Notes under the pieces: generated by a model | Seen by the model: the letters and a program-made list of their open reading frames with translations, nothing else | Database searches by the model: none | Told to the model about the DNA's origin: nothing | In this document: positions 1 to 14,574 of the stretch, in pieces | Numbering within the stretch: the stretch's first letter is position 1 | Layout of the letters: each line of letters begins with the position of its first letter | Assembly: GCF_009914755.1 (NCBI RefSeq) | Contig: NC_060947.1 | Length of the DNA stretch: 64,000 bases | Source: the human T2T-CHM13v2.0 reference genome, Homo sapiens | Strand: one strand, 5' to 3' | Translations under genes and position numbers: made by a program

Positions 1-923
1 GGTTCTGTATAATGAGGTTATTGACCTGAACTGTTTTCAAGCAGTTTTAAACATGAGGACGAGGTTCATTGTATCCAAGCCTGCAACATTAACTGAGAAA
101 CCAAGACTGATCAATAAACAGCCATGATTACAGGATCTCAGGAACCTTCATCATAATGGGAGCCATTATAATTCTGGTCAGGTACAGAGAATCAGGTAAC
201 CTACTGCTAACGTATATTTAGCACTGGACTCTCATTTGCAAATGGAAGCCATTGATTAGCTATTTTTTGAAAACTGACCTGGCTTTCCATCTCCCTCCTT
301 ATGTAATAGCCTGTGAATAAATGTGACCTAGACTTCAACATGGATATGGAGAAGAAAAAAAAGTAGAAAGGTTTATCCCAGGCCAGCTTTTTGCCAAAGA
401 AATAAGCAATTACATGACATTTCACTAAAAATTCTTGACCCAATAAAATACTGAAGCCTCAATGCCGATTTTACTCTTTTATAAGAAAGAGCAACAAAGA
501 AAAGAAAGGTCACGGACCATATTGTGATTCTTTACAGCTGTTGGAGACAGACACTATGATGCAGTAGCTTGATTTGAATTAAACCAAACAATATGAAAAG
601 CATCAAGGCTGGCAAGCAAAGCAATAAAGCCCCAAAGAATTTAATCTACCTTGAAGGTGGGACTACTTTTGTATTGATGGCAGCACACCAGGACAGAAAT
701 GAGTCCTTTAAAGCAATGACTCGTTAATAGCCTTAAGATCACAATATATAAATAGGATATGCTGATCAAAAAGACAGCTTTGCCTCTGCTATTACAGTAT
801 GGCCAGTATTTCCTTACAAGTTATTTCACTGATTATAAATAGTCCACGTCAATGGCAAATGTACAACAGGGGAAGCATAACCCATTATGAGGTAATGGAT
901 ATTGCTAGAGGTTGCTTCATTAC
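1..923 (-). other. DMD: DMD intron 49, 5' portion
   Basis: Lies downstream of the exon 49 donor. Confidence 0.9.
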
Positions 924-1025
924 CTTCACTGGCTGAGTGGCTGGTTTTTCCTTGTACAAATGCTGCCCTTTAGACAAAATCTCTTCCACATCCGGTTGTT
1001 TAGCTTGAACTGCTATTTCAGTTTC
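924..1025 (-). CDS. DMD: Dystrophin exon 49 (102 nt, phase 0/0; ETEIAVQAKQPDVEEILSKGQHLYKEKPATQPVK), spectrin-like rod domain
   Basis: The peptide lies inside ORF 885..1199 and is recognisable dystrophin. Minus-strand acceptor TTCTTTTCCCCAG|GAAACT (AG at 1027-1026) and donor GTGAAG|GTAATG (GT at 923-922). Length is 102 nt. Confidence 0.98.
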
Positions 1026-4000
1026 CTGGGGAAAAGAACCCATATAGTGCAGATTAACTTCACAGTTAGCAATAAAATTACTAAATTTAAATATACCCTT
1101 GGAGACTCCACATGTATTGCAGATCAATTTCTGCCTGGTACATAAGGGCACAAAAATGTAGCTTTTGGTGCAGAGAAAAGAAACAGAGATGTGAAACACA
1201 TTAAACTTAAAAAAAATTCATCCAATATCTTCTTGAATTATATAATACTCATATAGAAACACAGGCATTAACTACTTTTCAAAAAAGTAAAATGCAATAA
1301 TGACAATACAATTTATTAACATAATTTATATGAATAAACACTAGTTTTAGCTACAATAATCTCAATAATCCTAATGTTCATTTTACTTTATACACTTCTT
1401 GTTTTACAAAATTCTGTGTTTAGTATTGGATATAAATTTTGTTTTGAAATAAATATCAAATAATTATTTCTACATCACTGTCAAAATTATTTTCTTTCCA
1501 AAGGGTAAACACTTAAAGCACAGTATCAAAGCTTATTATTTATTAATGAGTCAAACAGGCCTTCTGAAGAACGATTAATTTTGTTTATTATTTGCTTTTC
1601 TTCAGTCTGGAGAAGGCTGAAGCATGACAAAAAAAAATCCTTCAGGTATATGAATATAAGCATTTTGTTACTGTCTGCTGACTAGCTCTCTTGATGAGAC
1701 GACAAAAGAATTGTGCAGAAATTGAAGCTGAAGGAAGTGAAGTTAAATATTACAGAAGACTTTTTGGATGGAACACTTGTTAAACACTAGGATAGAGTAT
1801 CAATTAATCAATGTCAGGCATCAGTCAGGGCCTGGGCAATCTTCCCCAGAGAGCAGCTCCTGATTAACCCGTATCTCTCTTCCTCCCTCCCCTACCCCGG
1901 AGCCTCCCAGCACTGCTGTGTTTAAGTGTCTCCGTGCCACTGTTTCCTTCGTATACTGTGTTTGTACCTGTTCCCTCTCAGTTCATTAGTAGGAAATCCC
2001 AAATTACTATAATCTCATACTGCCCAGTACAGTCTCTTGCAATTTACGGGTGCTCAGCACATGCTCTTGAGATAGACTATTTTTTTCCAGTTCTTATTAT
2101 AATAAATACCAGCAGCAAACAGGCACTTTGGTCAAAATTGTACATAACTAACCTCATGTGTTAATGGTTATGTATGCAAATTTCACTTCCTTTATAACAG
2201 TAGTTTAGCTACTTTACATGAAGAACTATTAATTGATGGTCTTACTGCCCCTTGCCAAGAAAACACATTGTTCCCTGAAAATGCAGCACCCGGAATGACT
2301 GTATGTCTTTGCTAGAGGTAGAAATAGCTCTGATCTCAGATGAGGAATAAGGAAAATCTAGTTTTACTTACTGAATTCCAAATAGGTCCCCAGCCACTAT
2401 AAATTCACCCTTGAATACCGCATTTGCAAAAAAACATTTTGGTGTAGTAAATGGTGATATGGTCTCAAAATACTTTAAGAGAAAATAAAATATATTATTC
2501 TAAGGAAGTAGAGAAAAGAGCATATCTTCAGCAAGGTAAAAATGATTTAAGAAAAGGAAAAAAAGTAACTGAATTTTCAACCTATACATTTATCATTTAT
2601 GTATACCATAAATTACCAGGCCAAATATACATGTACAATGTCTAAATTATACATTTGAAATTATATATGCATTACACATATAAACTGACAAGTTAACTTA
2701 AAGCACTGTCACCACCATTCATTTTGTATGTGTTTCTCTAAGACAAAGCACTATTTTCTATTTATTCACTGACAGCTGGGACTTTTCTTGTGATAGTTAT
2801 TGATATAGCTAATTACTGGTAATAGACAATGTTTTCTGATTAGCTTCATCATAGCTGTAGACTATATTATTGATGATAGCATAGTTACCATTCGTATAAT
2901 GACTACTATTTGCCTTCCCCAACCCTGATTCCAACAGATTGCCACTTTACAGATAAGAAAATGAAGCAAGGGTGGGTGGGATAGTAGTGACGGTAGTGAC
3001 AATGATGTGAATAGCTTGCCCACAACCTCGTGGGATGTAGGAGAGTTAATATTCAAACACAGCTAGGTCTGAATCCAAAGTTTATACTATTGGCAGTAGT
3101 AACAGCTACGTCTTCATATCTTACAACAACTTAATAACATATCCAAATGATTTGATCAAATTATGTTATTTCTAAGCATTAAGAAATTTTACTTTCACCA
3201 TCTGAATCTGTTTGATATTATCACATATGCTGAAAAACATGCCCTACCTCTCTGATAATAGAGAATCACTATGGGTCAGAGGGAGACAGGCAACTTAATG
3301 CAACAGTCGTCATTCCCATTCATTGGAATTTTTGAAAAATGATAGCAAAGACCATTGTTCCCACTGCCAACCTACAGTCTTATTTAAACTGTTCCAACTC
3401 CTTTGCTTCCTCCTTCAAAACACATCACAATTAATCACATTATGTGTATATGTATAGTTTTGACCATTCCTAAAGAATTATCCTCTATGAGAGTAAGACC
3501 CATAACTACCTTGTTCACTCATATCCCTGGAAGTGCCTAACACATAGTAAGTGCTAAACAAAAAACCGTTGAACGGGCAAATAAATACTGTTGCAACTTT
3601 GAGCCTATGGGAATTGAGTTAAGAGTGTGTATTACTAGAGACATTTGTTCACGCAGACAGTCGAAAGGTTCATGGCATAGACTATTTTCTTTCTAAATAA
3701 TCTGCTAGAGTTAAATACAGAGTCTACTCTTCTGCTTTTGGATTTCCCGTAATGATTTTTTTTGCAAAATTTTACATCTTCACGTTATTGATTACAACAA
3801 TGTCTCAGAAAACTCATTTCTATGACAAATTAAAATGGGATTATTTTATACTTAATTAATCCTTTCATTGACTTCCTTTAAACTAAAATTCCATTTATCC
3901 CACATTTTTCTTCTTAGCTGAATTTGTATAATTTAATCTCCATCTAGCAATCCAAGAGAACATCACAAATACAAATGTTTTAGCATTTATATGATTTAGC

Positions 4001-6913
4001 ATGAATATTTTATATAACCAACATCTGAATGTGGGACCTCTAATCAGGTACTTTATAACTATTGCACTTGAAGCATAGTAAACATTTATTAGTTTTGATT
4101 TGTAATTCCAGTAGAAGAGTAAACTTGGAAAGGCTGGAGGATCATATTTCCTATACAAATCTAAAAACTTCTATGAGTATTAAAACCTGTGATGTACTAG
4201 CATGGAAAAGCTCATCTTTCCTTTCAAACACTCCCACTTCACTTTTCTTTTTCACTCATCGAGCATAGGAAGTCAATATTCTCCTCATATTCCCTTAAAT
4301 TTAATGTGTCCCTCTGTCCCCCAATACAGATCATTTGTATTTGATACATTTGATCTAACTTTTGTTTTCATAGTATTTATACATTAAAACCTTTTGCACT
4401 GAACACCAAACTACTTATATTATTCCAACCTTTAAAAAAGATTTATATTTCTAAAATTGGAGTGCGTATTCAAAAGATACCTGCTGCATCATCTATTCAA
4501 TATATTTATAAGCTAGAGATTGGGATACAGCACTAGAAAATTTTCAATTTACAATATGAATATATGTGTGTGATATACATGTATATACATATATGTGTAT
4601 TAGATATGATACACATATCAACATATATGTATAATATGCACATATAATACACATACACATATGTGTGAGTGGATATATAGACACATGTATGTATATGTAC
4701 AGGTATACCTCATTTTACTGAGTTTTGCCTTATTGGCTCTGCAGATACTGCTTTTTTTTTTTTTTTTTTTTTTACAAACTGAAGGTTTGTAGCAACCCTG
4801 CATCAAGCAAGTCTATCAGCAACATTTCCAACACCATGTGCTTACTTCATGTCTCTGTGTCACAATTTGATAATTCTCACAATATTTCAAGCTTTTTCAA
4901 TATTTTTATAACTGTTATGGTGATGGGTAATCAGTAATCTTTGATGTTACTATTTTAATAGTTTCAGGGTGCCACAAACAGTGCCCATATAGGATGGCAA
5001 ACTTAATCCATTAATGTATGTATTCTGAACGCTCCACTGACCAGTCATCCCCCTACCTCTCTTCCTCTCCTTGGGCCTCCCTATTCTGAGACACAACAAT
5101 ATTGAAATTATGCCAGTTAATAACCGTACTATGGCCTCTAAATGTTCAAGGGAAAACAAGAGTTGCATGTCTCTCACTTTAAATCAAAAGCTAGAAATGA
5201 TTAAGCTTGGTTAGGAAGGCATGTCGAAAGCCAAGAGAGGCTGGAAGCTAGGCCTCTTGTGCCCGTTAGCTAAGTTGTGAATGCAAAGGAAAAATTCTTG
5301 AAGAAAATTAAAAGTGCCAGTCTAGTGAACATGCAAATGATAACAAAGCAGAACAGCCTTATTGTTAATATGGAGAATGTCTTAGTGGTCTGGACAGAAG
5401 ATCAAAACAGCCACAACATTCTCCTAAGCCAAAGCCTAATCCAGAGCAAGGCCCAATTCTGTTCAGTTGTATGAATGCTGAGAGAGGTGAGGAAATTGTA
5501 GAAGAAAAGTTGGAAGCCAGCAGAGGTTTGTTCATGAGGCTTTAGGACGAAGCCCTCTCCGTAACATAAAAGTGAAAGGTGGAGCAACAAGTGCTGATGG
5601 AGAAGCTGCAGCAAACTATCCAGAAGATCAAGCTAATATCTAAGATGATGAAGGTAGCTACACTAAACAACAGATTTTCAGTGTAGATGAAGCAGTCTTC
5701 TATTGGAAAAAGATGCCATCTAGGACTTTCATAGCTAGAGAGAAGTCAATGCCTGGCTTCGAAAGTTCAAAGGACAGGCTGACTCTCTTTTGAGGGGCTA
5801 ATGCAATTGATGACTTTCAATTGAAGACAATGCTCATTTACTATTCCAAAAATCCTAGGGCCCTTAAGATTATGCTAATAGACTCTGCCTATGCTCTATA
5901 AAGGGAACAACAAAGCCTGGATGATAGCACATCTCTTTACAGCATGGTTTACTTACTGAATATTTTAGGCCCACTGGCCATACCTATTGCACAGAAGAAA
6001 AAATCTCTTTCAATATATTACTGCTTGTTGATAATGCACCTGGTCAGCCAAGAGGTCTGATGAAGATGTACCAAGAGATTTTGTTTTTATGCCTGCTAAC
6101 ACAACATCCATTCTGCAGTCCTTGGACAAAGGAGTCATTTCAGCTCTCAAGTCTTATTCTTTAAAAAGTACATTTTGTAAGGCTATAGCTGCCCTAGGTA
6201 GCGATTCCTCTGATGGATCTGGGTAAACTGAAAATCTTCTGGAAAGGACTCACCATTCCAGATGCCATTAAGAAAATTTGTGATTCATGGAAAGAGGTAA
6301 ATATCAACATTACAAGGTGTTTGGAAGAAGTTTATTCCAACCCTCATGAATGCCTATGAGGGTCCAAGACTTTAGTAGGGGAAGTCACTGGATGTGGAGA
6401 AAATTGCAAGAGAACTAGAATAAAGTGGAGCCTGAAGGTGTAACTGAATGGCCGTCATCTCATAATGAAACTTCAATGGATGAAGAGTTGCTACTTATAG
6501 ATGAGCAAAACAAAGTGTTTTCATGAGACAGAATCTACTCCTGGTGAAGACGCTGTAAACAATGTTGAAATGACAACAAAGGGTTTAGAATATTCTGTAA
6601 ACTTAGTTGGTAAAGCAGCAGCAGGGTATGAGAGCCTTGACCTCATTTTTGAAAGATCTACTGTGGGTAAAATGTTATCAAATAACATCACACACTACAT
6701 AAAAATCTTTTGTGAAAAAAATCAACCAACATAGCAAACCTCATGGTTGTTTTATTCTAAGAAATTGGCATAGTCACTCCAACCTTTCAACAGTTACTAC
6801 TCTGATCGGTCAGCAGCTATCTCCGTCAAGGCAAGACCCTCCATCAGCAAAAAGATTAAGACTCATTGAAGGCTCAGATGACTGCTAGCAAGCTTTAGCA
6901 ACAAAGTATTTTT

Positions 6914-9036
6914 TTAAATAATTTCAACTATTGTTTTAGATTTAAGGGGTACATGTGCAGGTTTGTTACATTTATATATTTATTGGGTGATACTGAGGTT
7001 TGGAGTATGATGGATCCTGTCACTGAGATAGTGCGCACCGTATCTAATAGTTAGTTTTTCAACTCTTGCCCCTTCCTTATCTCTTCCCCTACTAGTTTCC
7101 AGTATGTACTGTTGCCATCTTTATGTCCATGAGTGCCCAATGTTTAGGCCCACTTATAAGTGAGAACAAAGTGGTATTTGGTTTTCTGTTCCTACTAATT
7201 CATTTACGATAATGGCCTCCAGTTGCATGCATGTTGCTACAAAGGACATAATTTCATTCTTTTTAATGGTTGTGTAGTATTTCATATTGTATGTGTACCA
7301 CATTTTCTTCATCCAGTCCACCATTGATGGTCATCTAGGTTGATTCCTTGGCTTTTCTATTGTGAATAGTGCTGCAGTGAACATACAAGTGCATGTGTCT
7401 TTTTGGTAGAATGATTTATTTACTTTTGGATATATACTCAGTAATGGGATTGCTGGGTTGAATGACAGTGCATTTTAAGTTGAGAAATCCCCAAACTGCT
7501 TTCCACAGTGGGTGAACTAATGTACACTCCCACCAACAGCGTATAATGTTCCCTTTTCTCTGCAGCCTCACCAACATCTATTGTGTTTTGAGTTTTTGAT
7601 AATAGGCATTCTGACTGGTGTGAGATGGTATCTCATTGTGGTTTTGATTTGCATTTCTCTAATGATGAGTGATGTGGAGCATTTTTTCATATCTGTTAGC
7701 CACCCGTTTGTCTTCTTTTGAGAAGTATCTATATATTCATGTCTTTTGCCCACTTTTTACATGGGGTTATCTGCGTTTTGCTTGTTAAGTTCCCTATAGA
7801 TTATGGATATTAGATCTTTGTCTGATGGATAGTTTGTGTATATTTTCTCTCATCTTGTGGGTTGTCTGTTTACTCTGTTGATAGTTTCTTTTGCTGTGTA
7901 GAAGCTCTTTAGTTTAATTAGATCCCACTTGTTAATTTTTGGTTTTGTTACATTTGCTTTTAAGGACTTAGTCATGAATTCTTTCTGAAGGCTGATGTCC
8001 AGAATAGTATTTCCTAGGTTTTCTTCTGCGATTCTTCTAGTTTGAGATTTTATTGTATTGTATTGTATTTATTTAGGGACGGAGTCTCGCTCTGTTGTCA
8101 GGCTGAAGTGCAGTGGCGCAGTGCAATCTGGGCTCACTGCAACCTCCGACTCCCTGGCTCAAGCGGTTCTCCTGCCTCAGCCTCCCAAGTAGCTGGGATT
8201 ACAGGGATGCGCCAGCATGCCCAGCTAATTTTTTTGTATTTTTAGTAGAGACGGGGTTTCACCATGTTGGCCAGGATGGTGTCAATCTCCTGACCTCGTG
8301 ATCCACCTGCTTCAGCCTCCCAAAGTGCTGGGATTACAGGCGTGAGCCACCGCACCTGGCTGAGATTTTATTTTTTTAAATCTTTAATCCATCTTGAGTT
8401 AATTTTTGTATATAGTGAAAGGTAGGAGTCCAGTTTCATTCCTCTGGATACGGTTAGCCAGCTATCCCAGCACCGTTTATTGAGTAGGGAGTCCTTTCCC
8501 CATTTTTTTTTTTTTTTTGTTTACTTTGTTAAAGATCAGATGGCTGTAGGTATGCGGCTTTATTTCTGAGTTCTCTATTCTGTTCTACTGGTCCAAGTTT
8601 CTGTTTTTGTAGAAGTCCCATTCTCTTTGGGTAACTGTAGCCTTATAGTATAGTTTGAAGTTGGTTAATATCATGCTTTATTCTTTTCACTTAGCATTGC
8701 TTTTACTCTTCAGACTGTTTTTTAGATTCATATGAATTTTAGGATAGTTTTTTATAATTCTGTGAAAAATGACATTGCTAGTTTGATAGGAATAGCATTG
8801 AATCTGTAGATTGCTTTAAGCAGTATGTCCATTTTAATGATATTGATTCTTCCTTTCCATTAACATGGAATGTTTCTCCATTTGTTTGTGTTATCTATGG
8901 TTTCTTTCAGCAGTGTTTTGTAGTTAGCCCTGTAGAGATCTTTCACTTCTTTGGTTAGATGTATTCCTAGATATTTTATTTTTTGTGGTTATTGTAAATA
9001 GTTTGCATTCTTGATTTGGCTCTCAGCTTGAACACT
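6914..9036 (-). mobile_element. 5'-truncated older primate L1 (L1PB/L1PA15-16-like) inserted in Tigger1
   Basis: ORF2 C-terminal remnant (ORF 7568..7753, [18 protein letters not shown]) plus L1 3'UTR. Degenerate TSD GCAACAAAGTATTTTT (6898-6913) / GCAATAACATATTTTT (9037-9052). Confidence 0.88.
8055..8361 (-). mobile_element. Alu (AluSc-like) inserted in the L1
   Basis: Full dimer; TSD GAGATTTTATT at 8044-8054 and 8362-8372. Confidence 0.92.
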
Positions 9037-9577
9037 GCAATAACATATTTTTAAATTAAGGCATGTACATTAGTTTTTAGGCATACACTATTGTATACTT
9101 AATAGATTACAGTGTAGTGTACACCTGACTTCTATATGTACCAGGAAACCAAAAAGTTCATGTGACTCACTTTATTATGGTGGTCTGGAACTGAACCTTC
9201 AGTGTCTCAGAGGTATGCCTGTATATGTGTATACATATATATATATATATGTATATGTGTGTATATATATGTATATGTGTGTATATATATGTATATGTAT
9301 GCTATGAAGAAAGATTAAAAAGAGTAAGTAGAGAGTGACAGTGGGCTCTATTTTAGGCAATGTGAGCACAGAAGACTGCTCCTCTCTTCAGGAAATGGAA
9401 TGAAGTGAAGAAATGAGTCATGTCAACATACTGAAGACTATTTCAGGCAGAGGGAAAAGCAAGTTCCATTGCCAAAAGGCGGTGAGGAGTTTTGCTTGTA
9501 TAAGGATTTGAAGTAGTACAATGCTCTGTTAACATAAATATGTACAGAATCATTCAGGTGTTATAGAGGACAGAATA

Positions 9578-9580
<3 letters not shown>

Positions 9581-9630
<50 letters not shown>
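9581..9630. repeat. (TC)25 microsatellite
   Basis: Read directly. Confidence 0.95.
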
Positions 9631-9634
<4 letters not shown>

Positions 9635-10637
9635 TCCTCCCGTCCCTCTCTTTCTCTCAAGTTGATTGTATATACCAAGAGCTTAGTACTTTGTAATATT
9701 TCTTGGATACCAACCCTGATTTGACTCTTTTAAGATGATAACTCTAGCGGCAGATTGGAGGCAAGATTTTAAGGATAAGGGGCTGGTGGAAGAAACATAG
9801 GAAATGCCTTTAGAGGTCCGAGTACTTATTGAACAAACAGGAGCAGCACGGATGTTCAGGAAGTATTATTCCTATGTTGTGGATAAAGGACTGGCAGGAC
9901 TTGATGGGGAAAAAGAAAATTTTCAGAATCACCAAGATTTTATAACTTGGGAGAAACTGTCTAGGGGTACAGGGAAGACAGAGGAGCCTGTCCCTATATG
10001 GAAGGAATAATGTTTTCAGGTTGGAGACATGAGTCAAGATGCCTGTGATTAACACTGATGCAAATGTACAGAAAGTAATTGCAAAAAGAAGCGTAGTGTG
10101 CAGATTAGGGGTAAGGCTAAGAATACAGGTTTGGAGGTAAAAATAGTAGTTGGACAATATTGTCCCAGTGATACTTGTAGAGTGACTGAAGAGGATAGAG
10201 CCAGAATTAGGTATTCGCCTCCACAGGATAAGAGAAGAAAGTTGAACCAAGAAAAGATAGAAAGAGCAGAAGAGACTGAAACAAGAACATGTAAAAACCC
10301 AAAATAGAAGTGAGGAGAGAATTATATGAAAAGGGGTGCCACCATGTTACATATTACAGATAAGCAAGGAAGCTCAAGAAATAATACAAATAATAATACT
10401 GAATATATCCTTCATTGGAGGTTAAATGAAATAAGGTTTTATATCCAATGTTCTCGGTTTACTTTGTAAATACTAGCTCGTGGTCCCCCAAATTTACTAC
10501 ATGTTCCCATTTTTAAAATTCAGCAAACAGATTTAGGTAACAACAGTAAACTTACTAGATATATCTTACAATGGGAGCAACTATAACAAGGTGAGTAAAA
10601 CAAATGAATGGGAACGTTTGCTCTGGAAAATCAAGAA

Positions 10638-10640
<3 letters not shown>

Positions 10641-10674
<34 letters not shown>
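10641..10674. repeat. (CA)17 microsatellite
   Basis: Read directly. Confidence 0.95.
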
Positions 10675-10677
<3 letters not shown>

Positions 10678-13600
10678 TTTAAGGATAGTTATTAATTATG
10701 GAAGAAACAAACCTAAAATTATGAGAGTATTAATTCATCCTATATGATAAAAATTCTTAACATTTTAAAAAAGTCTTGCAACACTGTAACAAATTCAAAA
10801 GGCTGGATATTTCTTCCTTTAAAATTGCTTACAAGTACAATCCAGTGAAAATTCTGTACCTTTAGAAAATGAACAGAAATAGTCAAAAATTTCATCTGTG
10901 TTTCTTGTGTGCAGCCAAATGACTAGCATCCTTCTCTATCCACTCCATATTCTTCAATCACCCATAAATAGTTCCAAAAATCATGAAGAATAGATACCAC
11001 TACTCAGAAGGCACTGGCAGATAGATAGGATCAGGAGTCTGCTTTGACAACTACAAGGAATTTCCTTAAGACATCCACATACAAATTTTAATTAATAAAA
11101 TTGTTATTGGCGAATAAACAGAAATGGCAACAAGGCTGGCATTTGAGTAGTCCAAGTATTACTTAGAGCTCCAAAGTACTAAGTGGGTGCTTGCTACATG
11201 ATGGACTGAAGAGCAGGTGGCATGCCAAATGAAATGTCCATATTTTTCACTTGCAGGAAGTAGAATATTCCCTGTTCAAGTCACCAAAATAGCCCTAGAT
11301 TTAGTCCTCTGGTGAATGAACATTGCATACTCACATCATTTCCCTCTATTGAAATGTTTCCTATTACCGTGTCCTTCTATCATCACTATTGTCATCTTTT
11401 CATCCTTCAATGACATAGTACAGATTTTAAGTACCCATATGAGATTTATTCTCAGTTCTATAGAAACAGAGCAATGGGTGAAAGAATTCATTTCAGCTCT
11501 AAATTCTTTGTGGCTACTTTTCCTTGGCACATTTTTGGAGAACTGGACCTCTAATTAAATGCACCTTTGATAGATCACTTTAGAAAGACCATTTTGAAGA
11601 TAAATTTCTACAATTTACCTCACTACATTTATTTGCAGGTTGAATTTATTAGTTCAAAGATAGGTCAGTTATTAAGGGCAAGATACTATTGCTTGAAGGG
11701 TCAACTGTAGTAAATCCAATTAACTTCACTGAAAATATTCTTTCGTACATATTTTCTTCAGTGAGTATAAGGAAAATAAACTGTAAGAAACTGACAATTA
11801 TCCTAAAAATTAAAGAATATGTGAAATAAATTGTAAAATTTGTTATTTCTCCATGCAAATAAAATGTGACATAGAAAAGCTAAAAAACAAAGCAAGAAAC
11901 AACTCCAAAGAAACCACATGAGATGGAAAGATCAGAAAATGCTACTAAAATTATTAGCTGTGCTGAAAATGGCAACTAACTGCTATAGTGATATTAACTG
12001 CTGTGATAATATTAACAAGCTACAGTTGCTAAAACATTTATTATATGTCAAACACTGTGCTTTTCATACACACATACACTCCTACAAAGAAAGTTTTATC
12101 TAATTTCACAGATGCTGCAATTGAGAGAGATTAGGTCAATTATCCAAGACCATGTGGCTTGCAAATGGCAGAGTTGAGATTATATCCAGGAAGTATGTGT
12201 CACCAAATCTCTATTTCCTTCTTTCTGAATCTGTTGTGTATACTGTGTGTGTGTGTGCATACACGCACATGTGCATATATGCTTATTATTTCTTTCCAAA
12301 ATTGACGTTTCTTAATATTATGTTAATTATTTCTCCTCCTCTTGAACTCAAATACATTCTACAATATTCTTCCAGAATATAAATGAGAGAAAATCCTGTC
12401 CCTTCTCACAAAAAATGAAATAAAGTTTTACATAGCCTTGTAATAGCTCTGAGGGTTTCTCTTAGTGGGTTTATGATTGCCAAACCTCTGATATCCAGGT
12501 CAGAGAACTGGTTTGAGCAAACCTTTTATCTCGCAAATGGCCTCACATCTTTATATGATTTCAGATAAGGTGAAGAAGGCCACCACTAAAATGGAAACAT
12601 AGCTAATTATAGTGGCCGGCTTGTGTAAGGAGAAAGTGTTCAACTTCAAAGAACATTCAGACAAGAAAGTCGTCATGGGATTTCCACCAAAAAGTCTCAT
12701 TTCTAATAACAGAACATTTCCATTAAGGTTTTTTTTTCCTCCATGCCTTATTCTTAATGTCCCCTCCAATGCAAGATTGTGTACCAGGTGTTAAGATCCT
12801 TATGATACGAGGAGAGTTTGATTTTCTTCATAGTATTGATAGTTCACTACAATGTCAGGTATAATTTTAAGAAAATAACTTGTATTAATTAGGTAATAGG
12901 GAGTAATGGTTCAATAACAGTAGGAGAATATCATGGTCTCTTCTGAAATCCAGCCCTGATAGGTTTTTGAAATGGAGTAACTCTAAGCACCTTTACTTTT
13001 ATTTATCTCTTATTAAATGGCATTACTAATAATGGGCAGTTGCTGATCTGACAAGCAGTGAAGCAAAGATTAGTGATGAAAAGAGGTAGAAAAAAAAAAC
13101 CCTTGAGGGTAAAAGTAGCAAGTCAGAGGCAAATTAATATATATTTACATTTTCTAATAATTGATTTATTCAACATATTTCTAATTCTACATCATGCCGA
13201 TTGTGTGTGCGTGTGTTTAACTAGAAATTTGGTGTTCTTAGAAATAGTACAAAAAGGAAAAAATTCTTCCTTGTTTTCCTTTCTTGTACTCAATTTCTTT
13301 AAATTTTCATTTTACCTACTAATAACCTTAGAATATATGATTATATATATATTAAGAATATATATCTCAAAGCACATTATAAGGAGGACATAAACAACCT
13401 TTCCATGTATGTTCAAACATTTATTTATTTATTTATTTATTTATTTGCTCATTCGACAAACATTTATTCAGTGCTTACTATGTTTCACTGGGGTAGGAAT
13501 GGGGAGTGCAGACACACAAATATATACTACATTTAGAGCAGGTCAGGTATAACAACTAGTAAAGTGCAATGTATAATGGAGCACAGAGCAGGAACTGATC

Positions 13601-14100
13601 ACTTTTGTGTTTGATAGACAAGAAGGTCAGGACAGAAAGGCTGGGAGCAGAAACAGCTCATGCACCTCATTATAAGGGGATGGACGGCAGAGAGAATGTA
13701 TTCCAAGAGGGAACATGGAACATGCAAAGACAGGAAGCAGAAGAAGTACGGAGCTATCACGTAGGGGAATGGGAAGTAATGGAGTAGAAATAGAAAGCAA
13801 AAGCCAGAGAAAAGAAGGATCTTGTATACCACCCTCAGAACTGTAGTGGAGAAGCTACAAGAGTTTTAAATAAGGGAATGGCACTTATGTTTTCCAATTG
13901 ATCTTCTAAATATATATGAATATATATTTATAAATGAAGGTATATGAATATGTGAATAAATAGACATAAGATCTACTATTAATGCTTGGTTTTCTAATCA
14001 AATAAGCTGATCTGAATGAGATATAAATATTGCTACAGAAAAAAGAAATTCAAGATAAAAATGACAACTTTTTTGTAAACATTAAGTGTCCATTCACTTA

Positions 14101-14332
14101 ATTTTTTTTAACTTTTATTTTAAGTACACGTGCAAGTTTGTTACATAGGTAAACTTGTGTCATGAGGGCCTGTTGTACAGATTATGTTGTCACCCAGATA
14201 TTAAGCCTAGTACCCATTAGTTATTTTTTCTGGTTCTCTCCCTCCGCCCAACCTCCACCCTCTGATAGGCCCCATTGTGTGTTGTTCCCCTGTATGTGTC
14301 CATGTGTTCTCATCACTTAGCTCCCACTCATA
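14101..14332 (-). mobile_element. Short L1PA 3'UTR fragment
   Basis: Poly-T followed by an L1PA 3'UTR motif (gtgcaagtttgttacataggtaaac...ttagctcccact). Confidence 0.8.
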
Positions 14333-14574
14333 ACTTACTTACTTATAAGGAGTGCCTTCTACCATTTGGCTATTTTGTCAACCCCACAATTAACAGTTTT
14401 TCTATCTAATCTATCATTGATGATAAGGGCCACTATTGTTATGTAAACTAAGAAAGCCAAAAAACAAAAAAACCTACACTTTGTAAACATTATCTATTGT
14501 ACGATATATCTCAAGTTCAGAGGTGTTGAAATACTAAAAAATGCATTTGGGAATCAATGAAATCCTAAGACATT

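Larger units (their letters stand above)
4700..9221 (+). mobile_element. Tigger1 DNA transposon (Tc1/mariner-pogo), near full length (~2.38 kb without inserts), interrupted by an L1
   Basis: TIRs CAGGTATACCTC (4700) and GAGGTATGCCTG (ends 9221) with TA target duplications. Decayed transposase fragments in ORFs 5277..5474 and 6501..6734. Confidence 0.93.

Noticed and set aside
885-1199. 104-aa ORF as a standalone gene
   Set aside because: Only 924-1025 is coding (exon 49); the rest is intronic read-through.
5277-6734. Domesticated TIGD-like transposase gene
   Set aside because: The frame is broken by many stops and frameshifts; this is an ordinary decayed Tigger1.
8042-8301. Alu-derived ORFs (also 17148, 26204-26576, 27359-27831, 28521, 40747, 49641-49952, 54359)
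   Set aside because: Typical Alu translation artefacts.
9804-10307. Overlapping 68-146 aa ORFs
   Set aside because: No recognisable domain; purine-skewed sequence consistent with decayed repeat DNA.
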